Assembly (NCBI GenBank): GCA_964291675.2
Contig: OZ219866.1
Location: forward strand, 512,001 to 576,000
Length of the DNA: 64,000 nt
Reading direction: 5' to 3'
From: Alphaproteobacteria bacterium
GTDB taxonomy: Bacteria; Pseudomonadota; Alphaproteobacteria; MPNO01
Part shown: positions 1-9,113 of the stretch, in pieces
How the letters are laid out: the number at the start of each line of letters is the position of its first letter
How positions within the stretch are numbered: position 1 is the stretch's first letter
Program-made: the position numbers and the translations under genes
The notes under the pieces: model-generated
Database searches by the model: none
Told to the model about the DNA's origin: nothing
What the model saw: the letters and a program-made list of their open reading frames with translations, nothing else

Positions 1-117
1 CTGGTCACCGCGCACAAATCCTTCGGCGGGTTCGACCCGGCCAAGATCAACCTCGATCTCGGCATCCCCTACCATCCGGGCGCGCAGAAGTTCTTCAGGG
101 AAGCCGGGTTGATGTAG
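1..117 (+). CDS. TAXI-family TRAP substrate-binding protein, C-terminal fragment (5' truncated by window)
   Basis: Frame 1 reads LVTAHKSFGGFDPAKINLDLGIPYHPGAQKFFREAGLM*. PxHPGA..(F/Y)F.E.G is the typical TAXI C-terminus, and the gene directly precedes a fused TRAP permease. Confidence 0.8.
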   Translation: MVTAHKSFGGFDPAKINLDLGIPYHPGAQKFFREAGLM

Positions 118-142
118 CCCGCGCGCCCGGCGCCCGGCCGAC

Positions 143-2083
143 ATGTCGGAGGCCGGACAGGGCGGCGGCGAGGCGCGGGCGACGTGGACCGTCCGCGTGC
201 TCGGCGCCTGGCTCGGCGGGCTGCTGACGGCCGGCGCGCTGGCCGAGGCCGCCGACCTCTACCGCATGGTCGGGCTGGTGCTCTACAACGAGCAGCGGCT
301 GGTGATGCTGCTCGGCATCGGCATCGCGACGCTGTTCGTGGTCAAGCCGGCGCGCACCGGGACCGAGCGCCTCGGCGTGCCCTGGTATGACGGGCTCGCG
401 GCGGTCGCGGGTCTCGTCGTCTGCGCCTGGGTCGCCTGGGACTACGAACGCATCTTCGAGAATCTCCACTTCCGCCCGCCCGACGCGGTAGCCGCCAGCG
501 TGGCGATCGTCGTCCTGGTGGCGGAGGGGCTCCGGCGGACCGCGGGCAGGGTGCTGTTCTGGTTCATGATCTTCTTCATCGGCTTCGGCCTGGTCGGCCA
601 TTTCGTGCCCGGCGCCTTCCAGGGCCGGTCGGTCGATGTCGACCGCATGTTCATCTATCTCGGCCTCGATTCGAACGGGCTGCTCGGCATCCCGCTCACC
701 GTGTCGACGACCATCGTCATCGCCTTCATCTATTTCGGCGTGCTGCTCGACACCTCCGGCGGATCGCGCTTCTTCACCGACATCTCGACGGCGCTGATGG
801 GCCGCTACCGCGGCGGCTCGGCCAAGATCGCGGTGACCGCCTCGTCGCTGTTCGGCTCGATCTCGGGCTCGGCGGTCTCCAACGTGGTGTCGACCGGGGT
901 GATCACCATCCCGCTGATGCGCAGGGGCGGCTATCCCGCCCATGCCGCCGGCGCGATCGAGGCGGTGGCCTCGACCGGCGGCCAGCTCATGCCGCCGATG
1001 ATGGGCGCGGCCGCCTTCGTGATGGCCGAGTTCCTGCAGATCGGCTACCGCGACGTGGTGCTGGCGGCGCTGATCCCGGCGGTCCTCTACTACGTCGCGC
1101 TGTTCATCCAGGCCGATCTGTTCGCCGCGCGCGGCGGAATCACCCGGGTGGACGCCGACCTGATCCCGGCCCGGCTGAAGATTCTGCGCGCGGGCTGGCC
1201 CTATATCGTTCCCTTCGCCGTGGTCATCCTCTGCCTGTTCCACTTCAACCTGCGGCCGCACGCCTCGGCGCTGTGGGCCGCGGCCAGCCTGATCCCGATC
1301 GGCCTGGCGCTCGGCTACAAGGGCGAGCGGATGAGCTGGCGCGCGGCGTTCGCCGCGCTCGGCCGGACCGGCGCGATCGTGGTGCAGATCGTCATGATCG
1401 GCGCCATGGCGGGGATCATAATCGGCGTGCTCAACATCACCGGGCTAGGCTTCGCGCTGACCCAGGCTATCATCCATTTCGCCGGCGGGAATCTGGTGCT
1501 GATCCTGTTCCTGGCGGCGCTGATCTCCATCGTTCTCGGCATGGGGATGCCGACGCTCGGCGTCTATCTGCTGCTGGCGACGCTGGTCGCGCCGTCGATG
1601 ATCGAGGTCGGCATCCGGCCGATGGCAGCGCATCTGTTCGCGCTTTATTTCGGCATGCTGTCGATGATCACCCCGCCGGTGGCGATCGCCGCCTTCGCCG
1701 CGGCGACGGTGGCGGAGTCGGACCCGATCAGGACCGCGACGGCCGCGGTGATGTTCGGCTGGTCGGCCTATGTGGTGCCGTTCCTGTTCGTGCTCTCGCC
1801 GGAGCTGATGATGCAGGGCTCGACGCTCGCCGTGGTCCACGCCGCGGCGGCCGCGGTAGGCGGGGTGTGGCTGGTCTCGGTCGGGGTGATCGGCTATTTC
1901 GCCCGGCCGCTGGACGCGCTCAGGCGGGCGGGCTTCGGCGCGGCGGGGCTCGCTCTTCTGCTGCCGGCAGGCGCTTTCCCCGGCGCGGGCTGGTCGGATA
2001 TCGGCGGGCTCGCCCTCGCCGCGCTCCTGGTCGGCTACGAGGTCGTCGCGGTGCGCCGGGCCCGCCCGCTGGGTGCCGGCTGA
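143..2083 (+). CDS. TRAP transporter fused 4TM/12TM permease (TAXI type)
   Basis: 646 aa, highly hydrophobic; motifs GSISGSAVSNVVSTGVITIPLM, EAVASTGGQLMPP, LGMGMPT, SMITPPVAIAAF. Confidence 0.93.
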   Translation: MSEAGQGGGEARATWTVRVLGAWLGGLLTAGALAEAADLYRMVGLVLYNEQRLVMLLGIGIATLFVVKPARTGTERLGVPWYDGLAAVAGLVVCAWVAWDYERIFENLHFRPPDAVAASVAIVVLVAEGLRRTAGRVLFWFMIFFIGFGLVGHFVPGAFQGRSVDVDRMFIYLGLDSNGLLGIPLTVSTTIVIAFIYFGVLLDTSGGSRFFTDISTALMGRYRGGSAKIAVTASSLFGSISGSAVSNVVSTGVITIPLMRRGGYPAHAAGAIEAVASTGGQLMPPMMGAAAFVMAEFLQIGYRDVVLAALIPAVLYYVALFIQADLFAARGGITRVDADLIPARLKILRAGWPYIVPFAVVILCLFHFNLRPHASALWAAASLIPIGLALGYKGERMSWRAAFAALGRTGAIVVQIVMIGAMAGIIIGVLNITGLGFALTQAIIHFAGGNLVLILFLAALISIVLGMGMPTLGVYLLLATLVAPSMIEVGIRPMAAHLFALYFGMLSMITPPVAIAAFAAATVAESDPIRTATAAVMFGWSAYVVPFLFVLSPELMMQGSTLAVVHAAAAAVGGVWLVSVGVIGYFARPLDALRRAGFGAAGLALLLPAGAFPGAGWSDIGGLALAALLVGYEVVAVRRARPLGAG

Positions 2084-2096
2084 CCCCGATCCGGTT

Positions 2097-2126
2097 TTGA
2101 CAGCGCGAGCGCGCCGTCGATACTGT
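2097..2126 (+). promoter_or_regulatory. Candidate sigma70 promoter for the Rieske oxygenase genes
   Basis: Perfect TTGACA at 2097-2102, followed 16-18 nt later by GATACT/TACTGT, upstream of ATG 2151. Confidence 0.45.
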
Positions 2127-2150
2127 CGCCCATAGCCTCCGGAGCGCGCA

Positions 2151-3467
2151 ATGGCCGCATTCGACAAGACGGGAATCGAGAGCCTGGTCGAGCCCGACCG
2201 GGTGCATCGGCGGGTCTATACCGACCCGGACATCTTCGCCCTCGAGATGGAGCGGATCTTCGGGCGCGCCTGGATACTGGTCGGGCATGACAGCCAGGTC
2301 CCGCAGCCGGGCGACTGGATCCGCACATCGATCGGGCTGCGCGACGTGGTGATGATCCGCGGCGCGGACGACGCGATCCGCGTCCTGCGCAACCGCTGCC
2401 CGCATCGCGGCATGACCGTCTGCGTGCCCGCGAAGGGCGGCGGGCGCCGCCTGGTCTGCCCCTATCACGGCTGGGCGTTCGACACCGCGGGCAAGCTGCT
2501 CGGCGTGCCCCACCCGGGCGGCTACGGCGACGGGTTCGACGCGGGCGATGCGCGCCATTCGATGGCCGCGGTGGCGCGGGTCGAATCGTATCGGGGCTTC
2601 GTCTTCGCCTCGCTCGCCGCCGACGGGCCGACGCTTGGAGAATATCTCGGCGAGATCTCCGGCACGCTCGACAATTTCTGCGACCGCGCGCCGGACGGCG
2701 AGGTCGAGATGGTCGGCGCGCCGCTGCGCCAGACCTTCGAGGGCAACTGGAAGCTCCACATGGAGAACTCGGTCGACACGGTGCATCCGGGCTACGTGCA
2801 CCGATCCTCGGTCGAGGCGGCGCAGGACTTCATCGAAGCCACCGGCGCGGCCGAGACCGCCGACCAGGCGATCCAGATGTTCAACGCCAACGGTTTCACG
2901 CTGAACCAGTGGGACTCCATCGGCATCCACGGCTATGACGGCGGGCATGTCTTCATGGACGGGTTCTATCGCGGCGGCATCATCGATCCCGACCGCAAGG
3001 ACCCGGTCTTCGAGGACTACAAGGCGCGCATGGCGGCGGCCTATGGCGAGGAACGGATGAACCGGATCTTCGCGCGCGAGACCTTTAACAACCTGATCTA
3101 CCCCAACCTCTCGTTCAACACGCGGTTCCAGCAGCTTCGCGTGATCCGGCCGGTCTCGGTCGACCGCACCGACGTCCACTCCTACGTGTTCCGCCTCAAG
3201 GGCGCGCCCGAGGAAATGTTCCACACCGCGGTCAAGTTCGTCTCGACCGCCAACTCGCCGGCCTCGCCGGTGCTCGCCGACGACCTCGCGGTGTTCGAGC
3301 AGCTGCAGCAGGGGCTGGGCAGCGAGGGGACGGAGTGGATCGATCTGTCGCGCCGGGCCGGGCGCGAGGAGCCGTTCGGCAATCGCGGCATCCGCGACCG
3401 GGCGACCAGCGAGCTTCCGATGCGCACCATGCTCGGCGCCTGGCGGCACTACATGGCGGCCGCGTGA
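2151..3467 (+). CDS. Aromatic ring-hydroxylating (Rieske) oxygenase alpha subunit
   Basis: Rieske motif NRCPHRG...CPYHGW; mononuclear Fe motif NWKLHMENSVDTVHPGYVH; DDLAVFE. Confidence 0.93.
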   Translation: MAAFDKTGIESLVEPDRVHRRVYTDPDIFALEMERIFGRAWILVGHDSQVPQPGDWIRTSIGLRDVVMIRGADDAIRVLRNRCPHRGMTVCVPAKGGGRRLVCPYHGWAFDTAGKLLGVPHPGGYGDGFDAGDARHSMAAVARVESYRGFVFASLAADGPTLGEYLGEISGTLDNFCDRAPDGEVEMVGAPLRQTFEGNWKLHMENSVDTVHPGYVHRSSVEAAQDFIEATGAAETADQAIQMFNANGFTLNQWDSIGIHGYDGGHVFMDGFYRGGIIDPDRKDPVFEDYKARMAAAYGEERMNRIFARETFNNLIYPNLSFNTRFQQLRVIRPVSVDRTDVHSYVFRLKGAPEEMFHTAVKFVSTANSPASPVLADDLAVFEQLQQGLGSEGTEWIDLSRRAGREEPFGNRGIRDRATSELPMRTMLGAWRHYMAAA

Positions 3468-3976
3468 GCGGGGGCCTCTCGTCGGCGGACAGCATCGAGG
3501 CGCTGCTCCGGCTTCGCCGGGTCGAGGAATTCCTGTTCCACGAGGCGCGGCTGATCGACGAGCGGCGCTTCGAGGACTGGCGCGACCTCTACACCGAGGA
3601 CGGCATCTACTGGGTGCCGTCCGAGCCGGACCAGGACAACCCGGTCGACCGGCTGTCGATCTTCTACGAGAACCGCGCGCTGATGGATGTGCGAATCCGC
3701 CAGCTCCGCCACAACGCGTTCTGGGCCCAGATCCCGCCGGTGCGGACCCGCCACGTGATCGGCAACGTGGTGCTGGAGGAGGGCGGCGAGGGCGCGGAGC
3801 TCCGCACCCGCTCGTCCTTCGTGATGCTGGAGCACCGCGACGACCGCCGCCGCGTGTTCGGCGGCGAGGCGCGCCACCGTCTGCGTCCCGAGGGCGAGGG
3901 CTTCAGGATCGCCTGGAAGCGCGTCGACCTGGTCGATTGCGAGGGCACCCACGGCTTCATGTCGGTGCCCTTCTGA
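3464..3976 (+). CDS. Aromatic ring-hydroxylating oxygenase beta subunit
   Basis: GTG start overlaps the alpha stop (GTGA); FLFHEARLIDERRFEDW...YWVP, RTRHVIGNV, IAWKRVDL. Confidence 0.9.
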   Translation: MSGGLSSADSIEALLRLRRVEEFLFHEARLIDERRFEDWRDLYTEDGIYWVPSEPDQDNPVDRLSIFYENRALMDVRIRQLRHNAFWAQIPPVRTRHVIGNVVLEEGGEGAELRTRSSFVMLEHRDDRRRVFGGEARHRLRPEGEGFRIAWKRVDLVDCEGTHGFMSVPF

Positions 3977-3978
3977 GC

Positions 3979-5295
3979 TCACATCATCCCGGGCAAGTAG
4001 AGCGCCGTCGCCGGCACCAGCACGATGATGGCGAGGCGGACGATATCGCTCACGACGAACGGCAGGACGCCCTTGAAGGTGTGGTTCATCGGCACGTCGT
4101 CGGCCATCGCGTTGATGACGAAGATGTTGAGCCCGAAGGGCGGGGTGATCATCCCCATCTCGACCGCCATCAGCGCCAGGATGCCGAACCACACGCCGAC
4201 CTGGTCGGGGGTCAGGCCGAGGTCGAGCGACGAGACGATGGGGTAGAACACCGGCATGGTGAGCAGCACCATCGCCAGCGCATCCATCACGCAGCCGAGC
4301 AGGATGTAGATCAGCAGCATCGCCGCGATGATCAGCAGCGGCGGCGCGTCGAGGCCGAGCACGACCTGGCCCAGCTCCTGCGGCATCTGCGTGAGGGCGA
4401 GGAAGGCGTTGAAGATCTCCGCGCCCATCAGGATCAGGAAGATCAGCGCCGTGGTCTCCGCCGTGTCGACCAGGCACTCGCGCAGGCCCCGCCAGCGCAT
4501 CCCCCCCACGGCGACGGCGAGCAGCCCGACCGCGGCCGCGCCGATCGCCGCGCCCTCGGTGGGCGAGAACCAGCCGAGATAGATGCCGCCGACGACGAGC
4601 ACGAAGACCAGCGCCGTCGGCCAGATCTCCTGCAGGCTCATCAGCTTCTCGCGCCACGAGGCGCGGGGCACCGCCGGCGCGGCCTCGGGCGCCAGGCGGA
4701 CATAGACCGCGACCACGATCATGTAGCCGACGGTCGCGATGATGCCGGGGATCAGCGCGGCGAGGAACAGATGGCCGATCGACTGCTCGGTATAGACGGC
4801 GTAGATGACCAGGATCACCGATGGCGGGATCAATATGCCGAGGGTGCCGCCGGCCGCCAGCGTGCCGGTCGACAGCGCATCCGAGTAGCGGTAGCGGCGC
4901 ATCTCGGGCAGCGCCACCTGCGACATCGTAGCGGCGGTGGCGAGCGAGGAGCCGCAGATCGCGCCGAACATGGCGCACCCCCCCACCGAGGCGATCGCCA
5001 GCCCGCCCCGCATATACCCGAACCAGGCGCTGGCGGCGCGGAACAGGGCGCGGTTGAGCCCGGCCTTGGTGGCGAACTGCCCCATCAGCAGGAACAGCGG
5101 CACCACCGACAGGGTGTAGGACGAGAACCGGCTGTAGGTCGAGTTGTTGAGCGTCTTGATCAGCGGGTCCCAGCCGACCAGGAGCACATAGCCCAGCCCG
5201 CCGACGAACAGCATGGCAAGCCCCACCGGCATGCGCAGCATGATGGCCAGCAGCGTGACCGCGAACAGCACAAGCCCCATCTCAAAGCCGCTCAT
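3979..5295 (-). CDS. dctM: TRAP transporter large permease
   Basis: Start MSGFEMG overlaps the dctQ stop; motifs VPLFLLMG, GGTLGILIPPS, FSPTEGAAIG, ITPPFGLN. Confidence 0.93.
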   Translation of the reverse strand: MSGFEMGLVLFAVTLLAIMLRMPVGLAMLFVGGLGYVLLVGWDPLIKTLNNSTYSRFSSYTLSVVPLFLLMGQFATKAGLNRALFRAASAWFGYMRGGLAIASVGGCAMFGAICGSSLATAATMSQVALPEMRRYRYSDALSTGTLAAGGTLGILIPPSVILVIYAVYTEQSIGHLFLAALIPGIIATVGYMIVVAVYVRLAPEAAPAVPRASWREKLMSLQEIWPTALVFVLVVGGIYLGWFSPTEGAAIGAAAVGLLAVAVGGMRWRGLRECLVDTAETTALIFLILMGAEIFNAFLALTQMPQELGQVVLGLDAPPLLIIAAMLLIYILLGCVMDALAMVLLTMPVFYPIVSSLDLGLTPDQVGVWFGILALMAVEMGMITPPFGLNIFVINAMADDVPMNHTFKGVLPFVVSDIVRLAIIVLVPATALYLPGMM

Positions 5296-5858
5296 GACGC
5301 GGCCCTGCCGGCGCGGCGGGACTCCCGCATATGCCCGATCGAGCGCAGCATCGCGTACAGGCAGGCGAGCGACCAGGCGATGCAGCCGATGAAGGCGAGC
5401 CCGTACCCCCACCATTGCGGGATACGCAGGAACATCGACGCGTCGGAAGCGTGGTAGGTCGCGATCCCGCCGACCGCGAGGCGCCAGGTGACGATCAGGA
5501 TGCAGACCGAGAAGATCGCGTTCATCGTCGCGTCCAGCCCGTCGCGCGCCGCCTGGCTCAGCCGCGCGGTGAAGAAGTCGACGATCACGTTCGCCGCGCG
5601 CATCTGGCAATAGGGCATGAAGGAGAAGATGGCGATCGCGCAGCCGAGCTCGACGATCTCCTGATCGCCGAGCACCGGCAGATCGAACCCGGTTCGCCCG
5701 ACCACGCTGATCACCGTGAAGGCGGTCATGACGATGAGGACGATGCCGCCGAAAACGGCAAGCGCCTCGCTCAGCGCGAACAGCGCCGCTCCGAACCGGT
5801 CGTCACGGGGGGCGGCGAGGCGCTGCCTGGCGCCGCCCCCCGATTCGGACTCCGCCAT
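5292..5858 (-). CDS. dctQ: TRAP transporter small permease
   Basis: 188 aa with four hydrophobic segments, located between dctP and dctM; GDQEIVE and NVIVDF motifs. Confidence 0.88.
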   Translation of the reverse strand: MAESESGGGARQRLAAPRDDRFGAALFALSEALAVFGGIVLIVMTAFTVISVVGRTGFDLPVLGDQEIVELGCAIAIFSFMPYCQMRAANVIVDFFTARLSQAARDGLDATMNAIFSVCILIVTWRLAVGGIATYHASDASMFLRIPQWWGYGLAFIGCIAWSLACLYAMLRSIGHMRESRRAGRAAS

Positions 5859-5861
5859 GCG

Positions 5862-6893
5862 CTACTGGCGGTACTTCTTCGCCAAGGCGAGGAGGTCGGC
5901 GAACATCTGCTTGCCGTTCAGCCCCTTGGCGTCCATGTCCCCGATCCACGCCTGGTGCGCGCCGCGCGCCGCCGCCCGCCAGCGCGCTTCCTCCTCGGCC
6001 GACAGGGTGATGATCTCGTTGCCCTTCTTGCGCGCGATCTCGCGGCCCGGCGCGGCACCGCCGTCCCAGAGCTTCCCGTAGCGCTTGGCGAACGCCTTGC
6101 CGGTGCTCATCCCGACCGCCTTCTTCTGCTTGGCGTCGAGCTTGTTCCAGCTGCCCATGTGCATCACGGTCAGCAGCAGGGAGTGGTAGATCTTCACGTC
6201 GGTGTGGAACTTGGTCACCTCGGCGTATTTGAACGGGATGGTGATCAGCCACGGGATCAGCATGCCCTGGGTCTGGCCGCGCGCCAGCGACTCGTAGACC
6301 GCGGGCAGCGGCATCTGCACCGGGACGCCGCCCAGCGCCTTGACCGCCATGCCGATATAGCGCCCGGCGACGCGGAGCTTGAGCCCCTTGATGTCCTCCA
6401 GCTTGCGCACCGGGCGCTTGGTGGTGTGCAGGATGCCGATATCGATGGCGTTCAGCGTGATCAGCTTGACGGTCTTGAACTCCCGGTGCGCGTACTTGTC
6501 GACCCAGTCCCAGGCGACCTGGCTGAAGGCCTCGCCGGTATCGCCGATGAACGGCAGCTCCAGCGCGGTCAGGATGGGAAACCGCCCGGCGTGATACCCG
6601 GGCAGGGTATAGGACATGTCGACCACGCCGTTCTCGGCCTGCGCGATCAGGTCGCGCGGCTTGCCGCCGAGCGCCATGCCGTAATAGACCTGCAAGGTGA
6701 GCGTGTTGCCGGAATGCCGCTCGAGATCCTGCTTGAGCGGCTCGAAGATCCACTTGGTCTCCGGCTGCTTGGGCGAGCCGAAAGTGTGGAGCTTCAGCTT
6801 CAGCGCATCGGCCCCCGCCGTACCGGCGCCAAGCGCCAGACCCGCGGCGGCGGCAAGCCCCATCGTCCTGAGCACCGTTCGAAAAGCCGTCAT
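5862..6893 (-). CDS. dctP: TRAP transporter substrate-binding protein
   Basis: Signal peptide; GVVDMSY..PGYHAGRFP, LEDIKGLKLR, ALGGVPVQMP..VYESL. Confidence 0.9.
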   Translation of the reverse strand: MTAFRTVLRTMGLAAAAGLALGAGTAGADALKLKLHTFGSPKQPETKWIFEPLKQDLERHSGNTLTLQVYYGMALGGKPRDLIAQAENGVVDMSYTLPGYHAGRFPILTALELPFIGDTGEAFSQVAWDWVDKYAHREFKTVKLITLNAIDIGILHTTKRPVRKLEDIKGLKLRVAGRYIGMAVKALGGVPVQMPLPAVYESLARGQTQGMLIPWLITIPFKYAEVTKFHTDVKIYHSLLLTVMHMGSWNKLDAKQKKAVGMSTGKAFAKRYGKLWDGGAAPGREIARKKGNEIITLSAEEEARWRAAARGAHQAWIGDMDAKGLNGKQMFADLLALAKKYRQ

Positions 6894-7000
6894 GTCCGTT
6901 CCTCCGTGGATTCACCGCGCGATGGCGGTCCCTGCTGGTACGGAGCGATCCTAGCCGGTCAGGGCGCGCGGGCGAAACGGCGCCGGGGCGCGCGCCCGCC

Positions 7001-7270
7001 TCAGTCGAACAGCACGTCGTCGAGGAACGGGTCTTCGGGGAGCGCGGTCTCGCTGTCGAGCAGCGCGCCGCAGCCGGGGCAGGCGAAACGGCGCAGCACC
7101 ACCCGCTCGCCGCCGCTATAGGGAACCCCCGCCGCGCCCCGCATCGGGATCTCGGTCATCGCGGCGGCCTGCTTCCAGGGCGTTCCCCCGGGGCCGAGCG
7201 CGCGGCCGCATTTGCGGCAACGGATCTCGCCTCCGTCGATCTCCAGCGTGCTGGAGACCCGCCGGCTCAT
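7001..7270 (-). CDS. Acetone carboxylase gamma-subunit-like small Zn-binding protein
   Basis: 89 aa; IRCRKCG and RRFACPGCGALLDSE..LPEDP.L.D; start overlaps the stop of the hydantoinase B gene. Confidence 0.8.
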   Translation of the reverse strand: MSRRVSSTLEIDGGEIRCRKCGRALGPGGTPWKQAAAMTEIPMRGAAGVPYSGGERVVLRRFACPGCGALLDSETALPEDPFLDDVLFD

Positions 7271-9102
7271 TCCGCCGCCTCGGCGGGGAGGCGCTGGGCG
7301 GCGAGCGCCTTGCGCCGGGCCGCCGTCGCCTCGGCATCGAAGCCGGCGAGGTCCTCGTCGACCGCCACGCCGTAGACGCTCGCCGCGGTCTCCCGCGACA
7401 CCACGCCGGCGCGGCAGTCTTCCAGCACCGATCCGGGCTCGCGGTCGAGCGGGTCGCCGAACCCGCCGCCGCCGTTCCAGCGCAGATAGAGCACGTCGTC
7501 CCCCATCAGCGGGAACACGCCCCAGGAGATGCGCTCCTGCTCGCCGGGCAGGTCGTCGACCGACTGGCCGAACGCGGAATCGACGTTGCGCGCCCCGGCG
7601 TCCGCCTCGTTGTTCTTGACCCAGACATACGAGTTGGGGGCCCCGGGATAGCCGCCGGCGAGGCCGTCGCTCATCGGGAAGTCGGCGCCCTTGCCGGAGA
7701 CCACGTAGTGCAGCCCGCCATCCGGCGCGTCATGCGGCGTGAGGCCGATCTCCATTCCGGCGCCGCCGCGGTAGCGCCCGGGACCGCCCGAATCCCGCAT
7801 CCGGCGGCGGAACAGGTAGCGCAGCGGAAAGATCGTCTCCAGCGTCTCGACATTGGCCATGCGCGAGATCGGGTTGGGGATCTCGCCGCCGACATCGATC
7901 CCGTCGGCGAAGTTGCGCGCCCCGCCGGACCCGGCGAAGGTCTCGGTCAGGATGCCGATCGCCTCGCCGCCATGCTGGTTGCGGCCGAACATGAAGACGG
8001 CGAAGTGGTTGGCGTGCCACACCGCGGTCGCCTCGCTGGCGTATTTCTCGCTCGCATCGAGCATCTTGCCGATCGCCGCGCAGGCCGCGTTGTTGACCGA
8101 CTGGATGGCGCCCACCGTGGCGACCGAGACCGGCGCGGGCCGCGTGCAGTTGACGATCGAGCCTTCGGGCGCGATCATCTCGATGGGCCGCACGACGCCT
8201 TCGTTCCAGGTGATGTCGAAGCAGAGCAGCGGAAAGAGCGGCGCGAACAGCCCGCCGAGCGAGGCCCACTTGGTGCAGTTGATGGCATAGGGCGCCTGCG
8301 GGCTCGACCCCGAGAAATCGAACACCAGGCTGTCGTCCCGCTTGGTCATCGTCAGGTTGACCTTGAACACCTCGCCCTGGACGTCGATGTACTGGCGCGA
8401 TTTCCAGGACCCGTCGGGCAGCTCGCGCAGGCGCTCGCGCAGCAGCGTCTCGGATTGCCCGATCAGCGTGCGGCAGGCCTCGTCGACGGTCTCGTGTCCG
8501 TACTTGTCGATCAGCGCCAGCATGCGCTCGCGCGCGACGTTGTTGCAGGCGATCATCGAGGACATGTCGAGCGCCACCATCTCGGGCGAGCGCACCATGT
8601 TGAGAAGGGTGTCCATCACGTCCCGGTTCACCCTGCCGCCGCTGACCAGCCTTATGCCGGGCGACGAAAAACCCTCGGTGAATATGTCGGGCGCGTCGGG
8701 GCAGAACCCGCCGGGATTGGTCGCGCCGATGTCGTAGACGTGGACGAAGCACGCGCTCCAGGCGACGAGCTCGCCGCGATGGTGGATCGGCGCCACGAGA
8801 TAGATGTCCGAGGTGTGCAGCGCCGCCGTGTAGGGGTCGTTGAGCAGGAAGACGTCGCCCTCGTTGATGTCCGCGCCGAAGCGCCGGATCGTCGCCTTGC
8901 AGGCCTCGGCGGCGCTGGTCAGATGGTGCAGGAAGCCGACGCCCCCCATCAGCAGCGAGCCGTCGGCGCGGTAGAGCGACACCATGAGATCGTGCCCCTC
9001 ATTGGTGATCGCCGACCCGGAAACGTGCTTCAGGGTGATCACCGCCTCGTCGACGATGCGGAACAGGCGGTGGCGGATGATGGAGAAGGTGATGGGGTCC
9101 AT
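7267..9102 (-). CDS. Hydantoinase B/oxoprolinase family protein (acetone carboxylase alpha-like)
   Basis: MDPITFSII, LLNDPY...HTSD, FVHVYDIG, DSGGPGRYRGG, GGGGFGDPLDR. Confidence 0.92.
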   Translation of the reverse strand: MDPITFSIIRHRLFRIVDEAVITLKHVSGSAITNEGHDLMVSLYRADGSLLMGGVGFLHHLTSAAEACKATIRRFGADINEGDVFLLNDPYTAALHTSDIYLVAPIHHRGELVAWSACFVHVYDIGATNPGGFCPDAPDIFTEGFSSPGIRLVSGGRVNRDVMDTLLNMVRSPEMVALDMSSMIACNNVARERMLALIDKYGHETVDEACRTLIGQSETLLRERLRELPDGSWKSRQYIDVQGEVFKVNLTMTKRDDSLVFDFSGSSPQAPYAINCTKWASLGGLFAPLFPLLCFDITWNEGVVRPIEMIAPEGSIVNCTRPAPVSVATVGAIQSVNNAACAAIGKMLDASEKYASEATAVWHANHFAVFMFGRNQHGGEAIGILTETFAGSGGARNFADGIDVGGEIPNPISRMANVETLETIFPLRYLFRRRMRDSGGPGRYRGGAGMEIGLTPHDAPDGGLHYVVSGKGADFPMSDGLAGGYPGAPNSYVWVKNNEADAGARNVDSAFGQSVDDLPGEQERISWGVFPLMGDDVLYLRWNGGGGFGDPLDREPGSVLEDCRAGVVSRETAASVYGVAVDEDLAGFDAEATAARRKALAAQRLPAEAAE

Positions 9103-9113
9103 CGCGGGGCTCC

